From Bugula neritina (lineage: Eukaryota; Animalia; Bryozoa): a stretch of 64,000 nucleotides of DNA. Positions 41,173 through 52,400 of the stretch are shown one piece after another (within the stretch, counting starts at the first letter, position 1; every line of letters begins with the position of its first letter). A program made the translations under genes and the position numbers. The stretch spans positions 7,694,973 through 7,758,972 of the forward strand of contig OZ037770.1 of NCBI GenBank assembly GCA_964035545.1, read 5' to 3'. The notes beneath the pieces were generated by a model. The model did no database searches, was not told where the DNA came from, and saw only the letters and a program-made list of their open reading frames with translations.

Positions 41173-44100
41173 TAAGTACTAGGATCCAATTATTGCCTCT
41201 GGGGGTCAGGGGCATGGGTCCGACCAGGTCTACAGCGACTACTTGCCAGGGCCTGCCAGCATATAGTCTCCGCCGTCCTGCTTCACCAGGGGGGCGGCTA
41301 TGCTTACTGGCCTGGCAGATCTCACACTGTTTGACCCTGAGCCGGACGTCACGCTCCATCTGCGGCCAATACCACCGGAGTCGTAATTTGGATATCACTC
41401 GCTTGACCCCTGCGTGGGCCTGCTTGTGAGTATCCCAAATCAACTCACGGCGGATGGCTGTGGGGCAGACTACCCTCTTCCTTTCCGGGTGTCTGCCGCT
41501 GGCAGCTAGAGAGATGGTTAGCAACCCATCCTGCCCGATCCGCAGCGAGTCCCAACGCTGACAGTATAGCCGGAACTCGGCGCATCCCTGTCTTATGCGT
41601 TCCTCGCTGGGTTGTCGCCCTTCCCGTTTGGCCCGGTATATGTCTGCCACGACTCCAGGCAGTTCTTCTTGGAGCTTCTTCAGCTCTCGAACATTACCGG
41701 CCAGTACAGGGTTGGCGCGGAGGTTTTGCACATCCTCCGGGGACTCATCAACTCTCTGCCTGAGTTGACCTTGATCCCAGTCAAACGGTGCTCCGTGATG
41801 AGCCAGCGTCTCCAACTCGCATCGTGGGGGACCTCCATCCCTCCTCTCGATGTTGAGACACTGTTTGCAACCTCCGTCAGGTCGGCGACTCAACCCATCC
41901 GCATTGCTGTGTCTCTTGCCCGGTCGATGTTCGATCCGGTACGAGAATTCAGCTAGGATTTCGAGCCACCGGGCGACCTGACTAGAGGGCTCTGCTCTCC
42001 TGCACAACCAGATCAGCGAGGCATGATCCGTACGCAGCCGGAACTTCCTGCCATATAGGTATGGTCTGAAGTGCTTCACTGACTTGATTACTGCCAGCAG
42101 TTCCTTGCGGGTAGTGCAGTAATTTCGTTCAGCGGGAGAGAGAGACTTGCTGTAGTAGGCTACTACTACTTCTCGGCCTTCCTGCACTTGTGACAGCACA
42201 GCGCCAACATTCTGGTCACTGGCGTCCGTGTCTAGGATGTACTCCAGAGTGGGGTCTGGGTAGGCCAAGATGGGCGCCGTTAGGAGGCAGCCCTTGAGGC
42301 GGTCGAACGCTTCTTGTTCGACTGGAGTCCACTGCCACGTCACTCCCTTTGCGGTAAGCCGGTTTAACGGCTGGGCTATGCCCGCAAAGTCTGGTATGTA
42401 TTGCCTGTAATACCCTACCAGCCCCAAGAAAGCCCGGAGTCCGGTCAAGTCTTGGGGGGTGACCCAGTCTTCTACTGCCCGTACCTTTTCGGGATCCGTT
42501 GCCACGCCGTTTCGACCGACAACGTGCCCCAGGTACTTGACCTCCGGCTGCAACAGAGCGCACTTGGAAGGTTTGAGCTTAAGACCGGCACCTCGGAGCC
42601 TCTCGAAAACCTCCTGCAGACGACTGACATGTGTCTCGAAGTCTGGAGAGATTACGATGACATCATCGAGGTAGACCAGCAGTGTCTTCCAATGGAGTCC
42701 GCTAAGGACTTGTTCCATCAGCCTCTGGAAGGTGGCTGGGGCGGAGGTTAACCCGAAGGGCAGCACCTTCCACTTCCACAAACCGTCCCGCGTGATAAAC
42801 GCCGCTTTCTCTTGGGCGTCGGGACTCAGAGGAACCTGCCAATAGCCGCTTAGCAAGTCTAACGTACTGAAGTACTTGCTGCCGGCTAGGGCGTCCAATG
42901 ACTCGTCAATACGAGGTAGAGGGTAGGCGTCCTGTATGGTTACGCTATTGAGTTTGCGGTAGTCCACACAGAACCGCCAACTGCCGTCTTTCTTCCGGAC
43001 CAGTACGACTGGCGAGCTCCACGCACTATGGGCGGGCTCTATCAGTCCCCGGTCCAGAAGATCCCGTACTTGTCGGCTAACCTCCTTCTCCTTCTCCGGC
43101 CCCAGCCTGCGTGTGGGCTGCCGGACAGGGACTGTTCCTGCAGTCAGCGGTATTTCGTGTCTGACAATTCCAGTCAGTCCCACGTCATGCTCTCCGCTGC
43201 TGAACACATCACCGTAGTCGCGTAGTAACTTGGCCATAGCCTGGCGCTCTCTGTTACTCGCGCAGCCGCCACTGGCTGTTTCGTATAACTCCCGGAGATG
43301 TGTTGGGACTGCCCCTCGTCCCTGAATAGGGTGTCGAGGGAGTGCCTCTGTCGCATCACCCAGCGACGGGCCTACGTCTCCCTCTTGAACAGAGTGAAAA
43401 CGGCCCAGCATCGACCCAGCCGGGAGCTTGATAGGCTCGGTAAAGGGGTTGACGCACTGCACTAAGATCTCCCCTTGCTCAGTCAGCTGATTCAGACTGC
43501 TGGCAAGTTAGATCTTTTCGTGCGCGCCTTCAACCACCCCGAGTCCAGAGATCCGGCTACTATTCACCCTGCAGTGAATGGTAGCCCGGGAGCGGCCTGG
43601 TATGGTACGGTTGCGTACCACTTGCACACCTCCCACTAAAGGGCAGCCGAACTTGTCGACGCAGGCGAGTTCCCGCCCGGACATCATCATTGCAGATCTG
43701 CTAAAATCTATGTGACATCCGTGCCGTTTAAGGAACGGCATCCCGAGGATAGCATCCTCCTTGAGCTGACTGACGATAAACGTCTCTTGGATCGTTTGAT
43801 CGCGGACTCGTCCCGTCAGCTCAATTATACCATAGAAGGGAAGGCATGACCCGTCAGCTAGGGTGCCGTATTCCCCTTCGTATGCTTCCATCTCGCCCCT
43901 GACCCTAGCACTGAGGGTATCGAAGAGTTGGCGGCTTAAGAGGTTTGTGGTACAGCCCGAATCAATGAGAAAAGTAACAGCTTTGCCTTCCAGTTTACCG
44001 GGCAAGAAATAGCTGTTCCCATGGGGCTGCACCTGAACTCTCCCTTCAGGCCTTACTCTCGCAGGGAGTACCTCCCTCGCTTTGGGTCGCGAAGGAGGTC

Positions 44101-44325
44101 TCTTGGGGCGGTGATAGGTAGGCCTCGGGGGTGCCGAGGCTAGATTCTCAGCTACCTTTGTGTGCTCCCATCCAGATTCTTGGACTTGTAGCCCTGTGAA
44201 TCTGTTGTGAAGGGGCATAGAAAAGGCAGCCGCGGGGCGAAGCCCCTTGCTGGTCCGTCGTGGCTGTTGCCACTGTTGGTTGCCAGTACGCGGTACCCGT
44301 CTGGGTGACCTGCGTTTCTTCTTCC

Positions 44326-45285
44326 CTAGAGGTTTCGTCGGCCCGCGGAAGGTGGGAACATCTGCGGGCCGCGGTAGTTTAACCCCTGATTTAGGAAGGG
44401 ACAATATCGGCGGAAATGTCCTTGATTTCCGCACTCCCAGCAAAAACTGACTGTTTCTCCCTGTGGCGGCGCCGATGGCCGCATGGGCTCAGGGGCGGTA
44501 CTCACTGGGTTTTGTGGTGTCAGTGTTGCTATTAGCTTGGCTAGCATGTCCGTCAGTTGAGTGACTTTTGACGCCGTCGCCAACTGGGACACGGTAGCCG
44601 CGGCGGGGGTTTCCTCCCCTTGTCCCGCGGCCGTGTCTGCGCGGTCTATCTCCACTTGGCGGGAGCTTCCGCGACTTTTATGCATTTGGTTAGCTAGGAG
44701 GTAAGCTTCCCCCTCAGTCAGAGCATCTTCAACGGTGGTGACTCCCCTAGCTAGAAACTGGTGGTGGAGACCCAGATCGTCGACAGATGCTATGAAAGCG
44801 TCGAGGGTGTACCTCTCGCGGTTGACTGGGGGCAAGTCGCTGTACGCGATCTGTGCCAGCTTCATGACCGCGGCGGCATGCTCCCGCAGCGGGGTGCGGG
44901 GATCACGCCGCAACCTCTGCAATCGGGCCCTGGCATCTGTAGCAGAGAGGCCAAAGCGGGCCCGCAGAGAAGCAAAGATATTATCAATGTCTACGCCCAG
45001 CTCATAGGGCTTGGCTTTGTCCATCAATGCCATTCTAAGCTTCAACAGGGCCACCCTAGGGGGCCACTGAGCGACGTCCATTACGTCGCTAAACTCTTGG
45101 ATAAATTGTTCCACCTCCTCTTCACCCGTGAAGGTGGGCGCCTGTAACCTGTAGCGGTCTTCAGCTAGTTCTCGCGCAACCCTTCGCTCTTCTACTACAT
45201 GGTTAACAGGCATTGTCTCTACAGCATTGTCTCTACGCTCACCTTCGATTGCCGGTGGTTGAGTTCCAGCATTTTCAGTCTCCAT
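44326..45285 (-). CDS. gag: gag (capsid plus CCHC nucleocapsid), 319 aa
   Basis: ATG 12 nt after the PBS; PTFTG...F capsid motif; CWECGNQGHFRRYC zinc knuckle. Confidence 0.92.
   Translation of the reverse strand: METENAGTQPPAIEGERRDNAVETMPVNHVVEERRVARELAEDRYRLQAPTFTGEEEVEQFIQEFSDVMDVAQWPPRVALLKLRMALMDKAKPYELGVDIDNIFASLRARFGLSATDARARLQRLRRDPRTPLREHAAAVMKLAQIAYSDLPPVNRERYTLDAFIASVDDLGLHHQFLARGVTTVEDALTEGEAYLLANQMHKSRGSSRQVEIDRADTAAGQGEETPAAATVSQLATASKVTQLTDMLAKLIATLTPQNPVSTAPEPMRPSAPPQGETVSFCWECGNQGHFRRYCPFLNQGLNYRGPQMFPPSAGRRNL
44339..44383 (-). promoter_or_regulatory. Candidate -1 ribosomal frameshift signal
   Basis: G_TTA_AAC in gag frame, 5-nt spacer, stem cggcccgc/gcgggccg; pol is in the -1 frame. 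Confidence 0.7.
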
Positions 45286-45297
45286 CTTGGATGCACT

Positions 45298-45315
45298 ATC
45301 CCACTGCTGCCACCA
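45298..45315 (-). promoter_or_regulatory. Primer binding site, tRNA-Leu type
   Basis: TGGTGGCAGCAGTGGGAT, 1 nt from the LTR; complementary to tRNA-Leu 3' ends of the ...ATCCCACYGCTGCCACCA type. Confidence 0.85.
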
Positions 45316-45316
45316 C

Positions 45317-45622
45317 TGTTATAATTTTCAGTTTTAGGGTTGATATGCTATCCAGAGAGTCTATTTATCTAGTATAGAACTGCACCAGGCTAAGTCGAGT
45401 GAACGAGTATATTTTATACACAACTATACATTATAAAAACACGATACATTATTTCTAACAAGTTACACATCTAATCTATTTCACACTCTAGCTTCGACTG
45501 CGTTAGCAGCGGGAAGCTACAATTGCTGCTAACTATCAACTACGCTAATTGGCTATCCATTGTTCCGGGTCAATTACGCGACCCTACACGTTGTGCTGCT
45601 GGTAGTTCCACGAACCACCACA
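45317..45622 (-). repeat. 5' LTR
   Basis: Matches 37776-38081. Confidence 0.97.
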
Positions 45623-46470
45623 ATAACATGATGCTTGGTGATGATCATTGCTGGTTACACTCACTTATGTTCACTAAAACCTATAGCATTACCTATTGGC
45701 ATTACTACAACTCTAACATACTGAAATACTATGATGATACTCCTATTATGTAATGCTGATGTACTTGATGATGTTAGTATAATGTAGTAGCACTTTTTGA
45801 TGGGAGGGGTTAGTTAAACTGTATATAGCCATTTTCACTTGTTATTCACAAAGCTAATTTATGAATATACGTTTCTACAAAGCAACTACTCTAATTAATT
45901 TTGTCTTTTGCCTAGAAATTATCTAATCGTGACAGTTGAAAGTTTATAAATTTTTCTCATACCAAATATTAGGCAACCAGTAAATCACAAGTTATCTTTT
46001 TAACATTATTTATTTACTCATTCACAAATTTTGGTTAATGTGTAATATACTAGTAGTTATTCAATCATATTGATAACCTACAAACTGTTGTTTTCTTATA
46101 TTTGCATGTTCTATTAAATTAATACAGCTAATATAAGTTAATTTGAGGTGAGTGGATTATGTAGATGCAGTAGTGAACCAATTGATCTTGCCTGAATTCT
46201 GTAATTCTCTTAATCAATTTTGGTTGAGGCCTGTTTTGAAGTTATTTTGGAAACATAGCTTCTTTTGGTACATTTCTTATCTAGAACACAGGCTTTTCTC
46301 AATTTTTTCATTACTGTACTTATGGCTACTTCAGCTGCTTTATATGCCATTTTCTAGTAGATGTTCTAAAATCAATATTATTTGATGCCTTTTGTATTTT
46401 AGTATTTTTATGAGTAATTCCTCATTGATGCCAGTCTTGTATCAATTTTTTCTTTGTGTTTTAGAGAATA

Positions 46471-49400
46471 ATGACAGACCCATACAAGGTAAGGTGTCTA
46501 TTTGTTTTTATTATTACTTTATTATTATTACTTTATTATTGCTGTCTATATTTACACATAAATGCCGTGCTTAAAACAATGTATGGACATTGATGGAATT
46601 TATTATGCTGACCAAACGTAAATTGAAAGATTTATGTTATATTTAGCACTGCCTGACATTATTATTTTAATGTTTGATAGTATTTAAGTGGTTTTGGAAA
46701 CGAGTTCGCATCTGAAGATCCAAGATGTCCTGGCTCCTTGCCATCTGGCCAGGTAAGATAGTCACACATTGTACATTTAATAGTAATTAAAGCTGCAATT
46801 CCCACTAGGATTTGGACAAGAGCTGTCAGCATAATAGGCGGTGTAGATTCTTCTGCTCATGTTTCAATTATTTATTTGTAATGTGAAATTATCGTAGTAT
46901 TGTTACTTCAAAACCTTGATAATCCATCTAAATAAATCTAAAAGTTGCTAAAATAGTTACTGTTGTAGATAATGCTGTGGTACAATGACGGCTTTGTAAA
47001 TTGTTAACAGGACAGAATGATAACTGTTATACACATTATACCTGTTAATATGGTGTTATATCTGTAAACATGATAAAGTTCCCAACTTAGGCTGTAACAA
47101 TTAGCCGTAGATCTGTAGCCTCAGAGCCTTGAAGTTAGGAGAGCGAAAAAGGAATAGTCTGATCATAGGCTATGTTGACCAGGGTAATGTATTCTGTCTG
47201 GTTGTAGAACAACCCTCAGAAGTGTCCATATGGGCTGTATGCAGAACAACTGTCTGGGTCAGCCTTCACCTGTCCAAGGGAGACAAATCAGAGAAGGTGA
47301 TCACTTCATGCTATGTGCAGTTTCAGCTGCACTGTTTGTAGTTGATATGTTTGAACTTTGTTATCGCAAGTGTGTCGTGTAACATCCTCTTCCTTTAAGA
47401 AAGGAAGTTTTTTATTGGAAAACTAAGCATAGTCACATTCTGGCATGTCAAAAATTTCTGTGCTTGAATTATTAGTTGCAGAATTATGTTGAAATATAAT
47501 TGTGTATCTTCTTTCTTTATCTATTGTGAATAGAAGCTTGCTATGTTTGTGTGTAGTGTACTATCTCAGCACTTTCATCATGCTACTATTTCCCCATTTA
47601 GTTGGCTCTACAGAATCCTACCATCAGTCAAACACACAGACTTTGTGAAATACACCAACACCAAACACTTTGGGAACAAGTGGCACGTTGAGCCTAAACC
47701 TAACCAGGTATGTATTACAGTATAGAAGTAAGTAAACACCTAGCGCCACCTAACTATTATGTAGGACAACTTTTGTTATATAGATAGTTTCTGGTGCCAA
47801 CTTGTCGTACTTTAAACCATTTTGAGCTTCATTATCCGCATGAATGCCTTATATTTGTGATATATAATTGTAGTATATATTTGTGATATATAATTGTAGT
47901 ATATAATTGTGATATATAATTGTAGTATATATTTGTGATATATAATTGTGGTATATATTTGTGATATATAATTGTAGTATATATTTGTGATATATAATTG
48001 TAGTATATAATTGTGATATATAATTGTAGTATATATTTGTGATATATAATTGTGGTATATATTTGTGATACATTATGTCCACTGTCTTGTCCGTTGAACA
48101 AGGTTTCTTTCACTTTTTCCCATGTTACTTGCCTTGTTACTTTAAAGTGTTGCATGTACTCCTATCATCACATTACTAGCCTTTGATTGTTGGCACAACC
48201 TTTGTATTTTGAGCTGCCATCAGTGTCAATCTTTGCTTTTCTGAACTTTGCCCACTTTATTAGAAGCTATGAAGTAACATTATAAAGTACTCTGAACTAC
48301 ATACACATAGTGAGCTGTGAGTTTGTAAAAACCTGCTCGCTGATAACTTACCATGTTGAGTGCCTCTTTTATAGATGAGGTGGAAACCCTTTGACATTAC
48401 TGAGGGCGACTTTGTGGACGGCCTGCGAACCATCTGCGGTGCTGGCGACCCCAATGTGAGGGCGGGTGTGGCTATACATGTCTACAGCTGCACTCAGTCT
48501 ATGCTCAACAGGGGGTTCTATAATGCTGATGGTGATTTCCTTATTGGTAGGCTGTTTACTATTCATACGTACATGCAGTATTGTATCTAGATACTTTCAT
48601 TTTATTGTGCAGTTAATTCGATTTGCACCAAACCGAATACAGTGTGCACATATTTTTATTGCAAACATCAACACCCACGTAATGGTAACAGTAACCATAT
48701 TATTGTGCTGTTTATATGGAAGATTTACCCTCATACTTCATCATAATAATTATACTGACTATTGCTATTATCATGCAATGACTGTATTTATGTGATATTA
48801 TATCGGTACGTGATGTATGAAGAGCTGTAGATGTCTCTACAATACTCTGGAAGTTTATAACCAGTTTTATATTTGCACAAACACCGTTGTTACTGGCAAA
48901 TTTGGTGCTTGGCAAAAATCAAAGTTTCATATGCAATCTGGATATTTTAGTAGTGGAATTGTAACAACACGTCACATTACACTGTAATTCTAATATGTCA
49001 CAACCTGTCTTAGCTTTGGTAATACTTTCTCCCAACATAGCAAACAAGCTTGAAACTTTTTTCCAGCCAATCAACTCAGTGAGAAATGGACTGCTAAAAA
49101 GTTATTTAAGCATTTGTTTACCTTAACCTGAGAGGTTAGAAATGTTTTATTGGAATTACAGTCAACCCAAAGGATTTTCACAGCCAAGTCTTTTCGTTTT
49201 GTGCAGCCAAGTTAATGCTTAGTTTTACTATTTTGTTTCAAATACTGAAATTTAAAGTTTAGAAGATCTGTTAAGTTGCGTTTGCGTTTTTTTCAGTCAA
49301 AAATTCAGTTTGGCCGGGCTAAAATTTCTCCGAGTTACATTGCATTGTAAAAGCCACTCGTAAAATATTTTTCGTACTGTGATAACTTAATCTACCGATT

Positions 49401-52400
49401 TCAAAATAATACTCAAAAGGAGTAATAACTCCTTGTAAACATCGTTATATAGTTATGACTTTGGGGATTAGATGACGTACTTATATGTTAATAATTATAT
49501 TGCCTACGCCTTCTCGATTATCGCTTTTATGCTGTCAACTTCACTAAATCGCGACGTTAACAAAGGGCAACAAATAGCGATTAGGCCAGTCAGATTTTAT
49601 TTTTAGAAGTAAGCTTCCGCATCAATATGATTTAAACGAGTTTTAGTTTGACTATAAATGGGTACCCAGACAAGCGGCATTAACTGAAACTTGGCAATTT
49701 TTTCAGCAGAGGTATAAACACAACTTTAAACGTATCAGACAATTTATTGCTTGTTATAAGAGTAATTGAAAATAGAATATATTTTATATGTTTATTTTTA
49801 CTGTATACCATGTAATGATTTTATTTTATGATAATATATATTATATATATATTTTTTTATGATGTCATTTCCTGGTTTGTTATGCAGTTCCACAAGAAGG
49901 CGCTTTGAATATTACGACAGAGTTTGGGAAGATGTATGTTGAACCAAATGAGATTTGTGTCATACAGGTACGAAATAGTCAACCACTAGTTTATGTGTCA
50001 GATTTGTGTCATACAGGTACGAAATAGTCAACCACTAGTTTATGTGTTAGATAACTTATTATCCGCACACAAACAGATTTCTGTCAATTGAGATAGAGTA
50101 CAGGCAAACTCTTCCTAGTAACTGAATTCGATACCTAATTGTTTATTTTCACTGTTGCTACATTTTCTATGATACCATTAAACTAAGTTTTGAAAGATGT
50201 TATAGTTTACCGGCTTAAACCACTAAAGCATATCTTTTGTTATATCAGATCTTGTACACTGTACAGTATGCATTGCTTACAAAATAACAGTTTAATTGGC
50301 TGTGTTATAAGTACACGGTTACACTCAGTGTGTTGCATGGTTATACCCAGTGTGCTGCATGGTTACATCCAATGTGTTTGTTGCACGGTTACATCCAGTG
50401 TGTTGCATTGTTACACCCAACATTTTGCATTGTTACACCCAGTGTGTTGCACGGTTACACCCAGTGTGTTGCATTGTTACACCCAACATGTTGCACGGTT
50501 ACATCCAGTGTGTTGCATTGTTACACTCAGTGTGTTGCATTGTTACACCCAGTGTGTTGCATTGTTACACTCAGTGTGTTGCATTGTTACACTCAGTGTG
50601 TTGCATTGTTACAGCAAGGAATGCGATTTTCTGTTCATGTGGAGTCGAAATCCCGAGGTTACATATTGGAAGTGTTTGAGGGTCATTTCAAGCTCCCTAA
50701 CCTTGGCCCTATAGGTAAATAATATACCTTAGCATATGTATAATATCTTAATTGCTATGGAGTTTTGAGGTTGTTTTTGCTGTATGTTCGCTTTATTGTG
50801 TGACTTTATTTATGATAGCTTTATTTAAAGAGACATCATACTACCATGTTGATGCTGTAACTACTGCATTTATTTACATAAATTATACTCTTCACATCCT
50901 GTAGCAATATTATCCTTTTCTAGGTTCAGTTACTCCTAGACTAGATTTTATATTTGCAGTAGGAGTTGTTTCCAGGTATATTCAAATTCTAAAGGAATGT
51001 TGTGTAATCTGCCACAGGTGCCAATGGATTGGCTAATCCTCGTGACTTTCTAACTCCTGTGGCTCATTATGAAGACAGGGAGTGTAGTTTTACTATTATA
51101 TCCAAGTTCCAGGGGACTTTATTCTCAGCCAATCAGGTCAGCTGACTCTTCATATTCCTAATGCTCTCCAATTGGTTATAGTCTTAGTGCATAAACTATA
51201 ACTTAACATAGAAATTACAGCAAATATTTTTATTGAAATCTTTTGACTTGTGATAATTATAAAAAAAATTGTCGTGGAAAAATCCTCAATACTAAGATGT
51301 AATTGTCATTGTTCGTCATTTTAATAGAGCAATGTGTTAGTTTCTTGTTTATACAGATAGAAGCAGTTACTTACTTTTTTCAAAAATGTTTGTCATCATC
51401 CTGGATGTTTAAATGTGTATTCACTGGTAGACTCTTGGACTGCTTGACTTAGCAATTCCTTACTGCTTATTCCTGTTAGCAGTTTCTCTATTTATTAGTT
51501 GGTTTTTATATTAGTTTTAATTTCTTTGACAGACTACTATAACCATTAATTATTAATACTGGTTTGCTCAGCTTAATACTCAAATGTAAAAGAGAATACA
51601 ATTACTACATTAATTACCATTTCCTATTCTCTAAAGGCTACCCTGGAGTTGTGTGAATACTATACACTGGCATGATGCCAGCTTACTCTACTCTACACAA
51701 GTACCTCCTGGTGTGTGACACCACAATACCTGATTGCAGCGCTACAGATTTAGTCATTAGAATCAGTGGATTTTGTGCAGCCAAGCTTTGGTTATACTAT
51801 GCCTTCAATTCACAGTGAGAATACTTGTATTGTTTTAGAATCACTCCCCCTACGATGTGGTTGCGTGGCATGGTAACTACGCTCCTTACAAATACGACCT
51901 TGCCAAGTTTATGGTCATCAATGCCGTAGCCTTTGACCATGCTGTAAGTTTTACCATGTTACCTACCAACCCTCACTCACCTCTACTCCCTACCTTACTT
52001 ACCTCTACTAACTACCAACTCTCACCTCTACTGCCTACTAACTCTCACCTCTACTACCTACCTTACTTAGCTCTACTTAACAAATGTAATCAAAACTCTA
52101 CTAGTGCTCTTAAACTTTGAAAATACATTTTTCATTGTCGTTTTATTTAACACTCTTGTCTACTGCATTGCGCTGTCTTCGCCAGGGTATGGAAGAACAT
52201 CTCATCTATCTTTAATATCTTATGTAACCACTAGTCAGTGTAGAATTTTATTTGACATATTTGAGAGGTTGATTTAATATATGGCTTCTATACCTCCCTA
52301 TGAAGTACTGTATGGTAATCAGTGGTTACCTGCACTGTAGGATCCTTCCATCTTCACTGTACTAACCTGCCCTACTGTGAAGGCAGGAGTGGCAGCTGCT

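Larger units (their letters stand above)
39469..44383 (-). pseudogene. pol: pol polyprotein (PR-RT-RNaseH-IN), interrupted by an in-frame TAA and a MITE
   Basis: PR FLIDSG; RT LPFGL...YLDD; RNase H DTDAS...TDH; IN H-H-C-C, VDLVGP, SDQG, VVER, GPY. Stop at 43508-43510; insertion at 40830-41172. Confidence 0.93.
37776..45622 (-). mobile_element. Full-length Ty3/Gypsy LTR retrotransposon
   Basis: 306-bp TG...CA LTRs, 4-bp TSD ATAA (37772-37775, 45623-45626), PBS, purine tract, gag, then PR-RT-RH-IN order. Confidence 0.97.

Noticed and set aside
43505-43513. Programmed stop-codon readthrough in pol
   Set aside because: TAA-CTT is not a recognised readthrough context; a CAA to TAA mutation is simpler unless sister copies share it.
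39635-45147. Plus-strand ORFs over the retroelement
   Set aside because: Antisense shadows of GC-rich gag/pol with no motifs.
48930-49780. CpG-richer segment in HGD intron 5, possibly a DNA transposon
   Set aside because: Could not define termini or a TSD.
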